Shown one piece after another: positions 59,192-64,000 of a stretch of DNA of 64,000 nt; positions within the stretch are counted from its first letter, which is position 1; the number at the start of each line of letters is the position of its first letter. The stretch is from contig MHMW01000028.1 in NCBI GenBank assembly GCA_001819495.1, positions 69,398 through 133,397 on the forward strand, read 5' to 3'. This DNA is from Candidatus Portnoybacteria bacterium RBG_19FT_COMBO_36_7. Lineage in GTDB: Bacteria; Patescibacteriota; Minisyncoccia; Portnoybacterales; GWB1-42-6. The position numbers were made by a program, and so were the translations under genes. The notes below the pieces were generated by a model. It ran no database searches. It was given only the letters and a program-made list of their open reading frames with translations, and was not told where the DNA came from.

Positions 59192-59764
59192 ATGTTGCAG
59201 CTCGAGGAACAAAATTTGATCAGGGAATGCGCGCAGGGAGATCTGGAGAAGTTCGGGGCGCTCTATGATATTTACGCCGACAAAATCTACCGCTATGTCT
59301 TTTATCGGGTGCGCCATAAAGAAACTGCAGAGGATTTAGTCAGCCAGGCATTTTTCAAAGCGCTGGAAGGAATAAGAAGTTTTAATGCAGACAAAGGTAA
59401 TTTTTCTGCGTGGCTCTATCGGATTGCCAGGAATAGCCTGATTGATCACTGGAGAAAACAAAAAGCTCATTTCAATATAGATGATTTATGGAGCGTGAGC
59501 TCCCAAGAAGATCTGGAAAGCAAAGCTTCAGTTAAAGAAAAGATCGGCAAGGTCAAGGAATTTCTGGCAAAACTGGAAAGCTCCCAGCGCGAGATTATCG
59601 TGATGAGGATCTGGGACGGCATGACGCACAAAGAAATATCGCAAATTCTTGGCAGGAGCGAGGCAAGCGTCAAAATGAACTTTTCGCGGGCTATAGCCAA
59701 ATTGAGAAAAGAAGAAATTCTGGCGCTGATTGCCTTTGGCATTCTTTTAAATCAGATAATTTAG
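59192..59764 (+). CDS. ECF sigma factor
   Basis: FGALYD.Y..KIYRY, AEDL..Q.F.KA, F.AWLYRIARN..ID, EI..ILG.SE..VK. Confidence 0.93.
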   Translation: MLQLEEQNLIRECAQGDLEKFGALYDIYADKIYRYVFYRVRHKETAEDLVSQAFFKALEGIRSFNADKGNFSAWLYRIARNSLIDHWRKQKAHFNIDDLWSVSSQEDLESKASVKEKIGKVKEFLAKLESSQREIIVMRIWDGMTHKEISQILGRSEASVKMNFSRAIAKLRKEEILALIAFGILLNQII

Positions 59765-59775
59765 CTGGATTGTTG

Positions 59776-59833
59776 GCAGAGCGAGGGATCTCTGATCCGA
59801 CTCCTCGAGCGGAAAAGAGATTTCTCGCTTTGT
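59776..59833. repeat. palindromic element between sigma and putative anti-sigma genes
   Basis: gcagagcgagggatctct...agagatttctcgctttg. Confidence 0.5.
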
Positions 59834-59854
59834 AAACAATTAACATCGAGGAAA

Positions 59855-61366
59855 ATGATGAAACTTAATCAGGAACAATTGAAAAAAATTCTGGAAGATC
59901 TTTATGCAGTTGACGAAAATCTTCGGCATTATGAAAAAGAACTTGTGCAGATAATTTGCGATATTGTTGAATTGAAACCCGAAGTCAAATTTGACGAAAA
60001 TTTCAGATTGCAGCTCAGAGCGCAATTGATGGAACGGGCGGTCCAATTGGCGCAGGAAAAATCAGTTCAGCCGGCCGGCTCTCTGCTTTCTTGGAAGTTT
60101 TCTTATGTCCTGGCCGGGGCCCTGGCGCTCGCCGTTCTGGTTTTTGGAGGCGGATATCTCGCCCAAAAACAGGGGATAATTGAATTTCCGAAAACGAGCT
60201 TACTTGAGCAAAGCGAAGAGCCGTTTGCTTTTAAAAAATTATCCGTTTCCGATAATGCTTTTGGTTCGCTCAAAGGCGACCAGGCAGTAACTCAGGCCGC
60301 AAGCGGCGTTGGTGGCGGCGGAGGCGCCAGAACCGAGAGCGGCGGCGGGGATGGTTCAAGTTCAATCGCGCCAACTTATGGGCTTGGCGGCGGCGGAATG
60401 ACGTATCCTGGCGTCTATTACAGGTATGTTTATAAAGGCGAGCCGCTGGAACTGGCAAACAGCGAAATTGAGGTTTTGCGCCGCGTCGGCTTTGACCAAA
60501 ATATTTCTTCTTTTGGCAGCCTCTTAAAAAGCTTTGGCCTTGGCATGGTTAATATGGACAGTTTTAGTTCGCTTAAAGTGCAGAATGTCAATCTGGCCGA
60601 AGACAGGGATTTTGGTTATTTTATCTCGGCTAATGTTCAGGAAGGTTCAGTTTATATTTCGCAGAATTGGCTGAAGTGGCCCCAGCCTTATAAATTATGC
60701 GTGGGAGAATCAACTTTGTGTGTTGAGCAAAGCCGCGTCAAAATTTCCGATGTCTTGCCAGACAGCGAAGTGATAAAGATTGCCCGGGATTTTATTAAAG
60801 CCCACGGCATTAATCTTGTTTCCTACGGCGAGCCGGAAATAACTGATGCTTGGCGCGTTGAATATGAAAAAACGGCTGACAAAAGCCAGTTTTACATTCC
60901 CGAATCCTCCAACGTGCTTTTTCCGCTAAAAGTCAACGGCCAATTCGTTTATGACGAAGGCGGATTTAAAACCGGCATGAATTTGAGCGTTGATTACAGG
61001 CAGAAAAAAGTTTCGGGAGCCGCCAACATCACTTCCCAGACCTACCAGGCCTCAAATTATCCGGCGGAAACTGACAGCGCCAAAATCTTGAAGCTGGTTG
61101 AGCAGGGCGGAAATTATTACTGGGGCTATCCTATGGCCGAGAGAGTGGCAGGCAGCGAGGAAAAAATAATTGAGGTTGGCACGCCGACAAGGCAGTATGT
61201 GCTTTATTCAAACTACAGCAACAATCAGGTAAATTTTCTTCTCGTGCCTTCGCTGGTATTTCCGATAACTAAAACGCCCGATGACACAAACTATTTCTAT
61301 CAGAAAAATATCGTGGTGCCTCTGGCCAGAGAGCTCTTAGATCAGCGTTTGGTGCCGATGCAGTAG
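59855..61366 (+). CDS. putative anti-sigma factor (cytoplasmic N-terminus, TM, Gly-rich linker, extracellular domain)
   Basis: Directly downstream of the ECF gene; P...F...LR..L motif before a single TM segment. Confidence 0.6.
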   Translation: MMKLNQEQLKKILEDLYAVDENLRHYEKELVQIICDIVELKPEVKFDENFRLQLRAQLMERAVQLAQEKSVQPAGSLLSWKFSYVLAGALALAVLVFGGGYLAQKQGIIEFPKTSLLEQSEEPFAFKKLSVSDNAFGSLKGDQAVTQAASGVGGGGGARTESGGGDGSSSIAPTYGLGGGGMTYPGVYYRYVYKGEPLELANSEIEVLRRVGFDQNISSFGSLLKSFGLGMVNMDSFSSLKVQNVNLAEDRDFGYFISANVQEGSVYISQNWLKWPQPYKLCVGESTLCVEQSRVKISDVLPDSEVIKIARDFIKAHGINLVSYGEPEITDAWRVEYEKTADKSQFYIPESSNVLFPLKVNGQFVYDEGGFKTGMNLSVDYRQKKVSGAANITSQTYQASNYPAETDSAKILKLVEQGGNYYWGYPMAERVAGSEEKIIEVGTPTRQYVLYSNYSNNQVNFLLVPSLVFPITKTPDDTNYFYQKNIVVPLARELLDQRLVPMQ

Positions 61367-61372
61367 AACAAT

Positions 61373-61406
61373 TAAAAAAGGCTAATCAAATTGATTAGCC
61401 TTTTTG
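61373..61406. terminator. bidirectional terminator
   Basis: aaaaaggctaatcaa-a-ttgattagccttttt. Confidence 0.75.
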
Positions 61407-61417
61407 TGTTGAATGAT

Positions 61418-62272
61418 CTAATAGCTCCAAACTCCAAGATCAACGATTCTGAACCCTATCAGTTTGCCGCAGTAGTCAGAAGGGTCATAGCTTGGCGGTT
61501 CAGGAAGCTTTTGGGCAAAATAATAATCAACGTTGAAATACCGGCTGTACATCTTGCTGATAAGCAGGTGATGATAGTCCCCGTGATTTTTTGCCCGAAA
61601 AAGCGCCATGCCTATGTCGTGGCCGAATTTTGCCTCCTTGGCGTCGTTGTCAATTTCAACCTTATAACTTGGTCCGGGAGCCGGTCCGCTTTTGCCTAAG
61701 GGATGCATATGGAAGGTAAAAATATGAGGCCTGGCGAAATCCGAAAAAGGCAGGATATAAGAAGCTTCTGCCCCGTCTCTTTCTTCAATGATGCTGCTTG
61801 GGATGGCCTCAAGCAAAATTTGGCCGTTTTTGAGCAGGCCAAGGCCACCGGGCTCATAAAAATTGCCTTCTTTGTAGTTGTTGATGATTTGGGCAATCTG
61901 TTTTACTAGATTTCCGTTTTCCAGCGCGTCAAAGATAAGATATATGCGCGCCATCTGGGGCAGGGAAAGCTCAAAGATTGATTGTGGTTCGGCTGAAAGC
62001 GAGCAGGGAAGCCGGGCGTGGAAGCGGGTCAGGGGCTTAATCTTTGTGTATAAATCCTGCTTGGCTTTCTGTATATCAAAAAAAAATGCTTTCATATCTT
62101 TTCTGTCTTTGATGCCTTCAAAAAAATACTGGGTGTTTTCAATCGCTTTCTGGGCTGGTGCGGGCGGCAGGAGCGTTGCAAAAGACAGTTCTTCCGCGCT
62201 CGAGAATTGCGCCGATATCGCAAAAACGATCTGAACCAGAAAGATCAGAAAAAAAGCGATTTTTTTTCTCAT
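61418..62272 (-). CDS. exported hypothetical protein with JAB/MPN-like HxHP motif
   Basis: Signal peptide; E..G, FHMHP...PS...HD. Confidence 0.6.
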   Translation of the reverse strand: MRKKIAFFLIFLVQIVFAISAQFSSAEELSFATLLPPAPAQKAIENTQYFFEGIKDRKDMKAFFFDIQKAKQDLYTKIKPLTRFHARLPCSLSAEPQSIFELSLPQMARIYLIFDALENGNLVKQIAQIINNYKEGNFYEPGGLGLLKNGQILLEAIPSSIIEERDGAEASYILPFSDFARPHIFTFHMHPLGKSGPAPGPSYKVEIDNDAKEAKFGHDIGMALFRAKNHGDYHHLLISKMYSRYFNVDYYFAQKLPEPPSYDPSDYCGKLIGFRIVDLGVWSY

Positions 62273-62352
62273 TTTATCCTCCTTTCAGGAATTTTTGGAA
62301 AAGAACTTGTTTTCTGAAATTAGCAGAAAAACGGCTAAAAATCAAGACTCTT

Positions 62353-62427
62353 GCCCCGAAGTGAAATTTCGGCTGTTCTGCCACAGGCGGACCAAAATAA
62401 AAAAATGCCGAAATTCTACTGCGGAGC
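62353..62427. repeat. ~75-bp palindromic element, variant copy
   Basis: gaagtgaaatttcggc...gccgaaattctactgc. Confidence 0.65.
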
Positions 62428-62544
62428 TTTACTTTTTTGGCATTGCGTGTTATTTATAATATCAAAAACTGCACCTTAAAAAATAAAAAAGAGTCTCCTT
62501 CGTCCCGCTCAGCTGGACGATGGATGACTAAAGGAGGGATAAAG

Positions 62545-62997
62545 ATGAAAAAGATAGCTCTGGTTTTCTTGAGCGGATTGGTTTTTGTTATGATTTTGGC
62601 CTTTCAGGGGCAGGCGGAATTTGAAGGAAAGATGAAAAATATTAGGATGATTCTGTCTTTTTTGGAGGCACAGAACGTTACCATGAACAATATGATTAAT
62701 TTTATAATGGAGGCTCTGCCTCAAAACTCTGTGGCGTTTGTTGAGTCAGTTGCTATAAAAATATTGTTGGAAGAAGAGCAGGTTTTGATTTCCAAATCCC
62801 AGAAGCTCCTGGATGAAATAGAACAAAACAAAGAAAAAGGAGAGAGCGGAATGAAATATTTCAATACCAAAACAGCAGAGCTTCGGGCAAACATGGCCAA
62901 GATCATGAATATCCATATTAAAGTGATCGACTCTCTGGATGAAAAATTTGATTATCTGCTTAAGGAATCGGCAAAAGGAAAAGAAACACCGGTTTAA
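62545..62997 (+). CDS. hypothetical exported helical protein
   Basis: Start reassigned to ATG 62545 behind aaggaggg; signal peptide. Confidence 0.65.
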   Translation: MKKIALVFLSGLVFVMILAFQGQAEFEGKMKNIRMILSFLEAQNVTMNNMINFIMEALPQNSVAFVESVAIKILLEEEQVLISKSQKLLDEIEQNKEKGESGMKYFNTKTAELRANMAKIMNIHIKVIDSLDEKFDYLLKESAKGKETPV

Positions 62998-63012
62998 AAG
63001 AAAGGGGGTATC

Positions 63013-63276
63013 ATGAAAAAAGGACAACTTATTTTACAGTCGGACGAAAACTTGCTGGAAATATTGATAACAGCAGCCATTAATCAGGGGCAGTGTCAGG
63101 CGTTGAAATCTATGATTTTTCAGCTTGGCCAGAAGTTTCCCAAAGAAGCGGAATTTAACCTTAAATTATTAGCAGAGAATATCAAAGCGATTGAAACGAT
63201 AATCAAAGAAGACCTTATATATTTGTGCAAGGCCGAAATTATCGGGCGAATTAAAAAAAGCCAAGTAACAGCCTAG
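63013..63276 (+). CDS. hypothetical protein
   Basis: 87-aa ORF with SD; terminator follows at about 63286-63320. Confidence 0.6.
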   Translation: MKKGQLILQSDENLLEILITAAINQGQCQALKSMIFQLGQKFPKEAEFNLKLLAENIKAIETIIKEDLIYLCKAEIIGRIKKSQVTA

Positions 63277-63378
63277 AATTAAAACAAAGGAGTTGGCAAA
63301 GCCGACTCCTTTTTCTTTTTCCGGCGCTAAATTTTGGCGCGAAGATGAATTTGACGCTTGAGTTAAAAAGAGGGTAGG

Positions 63379-64000
63379 ATGAAGAAAAGCGGATTAAAAA
63401 AAACAATGGTCAGTAAAATAAAATTTGAGGGAAATTTAAAAGAGGCAGTTGAAAAAGCGGTTGGCCAGATCGGCGGATTTAGTTCTTTCATCAAAAGCGG
63501 GGATAAGGTTTTGCTCAAGCCCAATTTCAACACGGCCGATCCCTATCCGGCCTCAAGCGATCCGGAATTTTTAAAAACAGTTGCCCGGCTTGTCTATCAG
63601 GCCGGCGCCTCGGAAGTTTTCATCGGCGATTCCTGCACCATGGCCCTGAATACCTGCAGGGTGATGGAAAAATTGGGAATTTTTGATTTTCAAAAAGAGA
63701 TACAGCCCGCCCCAAAAATTCTGGTCTTTGAAAAAGGCAAGTGGTTGAAAAAGAAAATCGGCCAGAGCCAGTATTTAAAAAGCGCCAGCCTCCCTGAAAT
63801 TCTGGACAAAGTTGATAAATTAATTCTTCTGCCCTGCTTAAAGACCCATTTTTTGGCGCAGTTTACCGGCGCCCTCAAAATTTCGGTCGGCTTCATGAAA
63901 CCTCTTGAGAGGATAGGGCTGCATGCCAGCCACCTTAGCGAAAAAATCGCGGAATTGAATTTATTGATAAAGCCAGATCTTATCATCATGGACGCCAGAA
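63379..64000 (+). CDS. DUF362-family protein (runs off the window end)
   Basis: IGGF..FIKSGDKVLLKPN, SDPEF, IGDS, LPCLKTH..A.FTGALK; start 63379 or 63406. Confidence 0.85.
   Translation, partial: MKKSGLKKTMVSKIKFEGNLKEAVEKAVGQIGGFSSFIKSGDKVLLKPNFNTADPYPASSDPEFLKTVARLVYQAGASEVFIGDSCTMALNTCRVMEKLGIFDFQKEIQPAPKILVFEKGKWLKKKIGQSQYLKSASLPEILDKVDKLILLPCLKTHFLAQFTGALKISVGFMKPLERIGLHASHLSEKIAELNLLIKPDLIIMDAR

Noticed and set aside
402-63989. Numerous 60-210-aa ORFs antisense to or overlapping recognised genes
   Set aside because: Shadow frames with no motifs or start signals

Overview
A 64-kb chromosomal segment of a small-genome bacterium, most consistent with Patescibacteria (CPR, Parcubacteria-like). 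This is inferred from gene content and style; genetic code 11 applies because TGA is used as a stop. Most of the window is housekeeping: ruvA, ruvB, polA, holA, uvrB, rpsT, murE, femAB-like, archease-rtcB, polX, endoQ, infC-rpmI-rplT, tmRNA-smpB, argS, ileS and tRNA-Arg(CCG). The most notable accessory feature is a family of six kinase-less, PilS-like multi-TM proteins ending in a conserved TTGRELKMxELK coiled coil. Four are in tandem directly upstream of a solute-binding protein, a Cache/HAMP/PAS histidine kinase and a double-receiver regulator, and two more lie 16 kb away; together they suggest a split, plug-in sensor system. Other notable observations are an unannotated ~170-nt four-way-junction RNA behind a near-consensus sigma70 promoter next to ruvB, an Elp3 and Trm9-like gene pair whose start codons overlap head-to-head, a tandem double PilB/GspE ATPase, and a dispersed ~75-bp covarying hairpin element abutting start codons. 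GC-rich palindromes and 7-bp repeats are inserted in frame in core genes, and two gene-start grammars coexist (leaderless housekeeping genes versus boxA-like plus Shine-Dalgarno orphan cassettes). All family calls come from motif recognition by eye; no database search was run.
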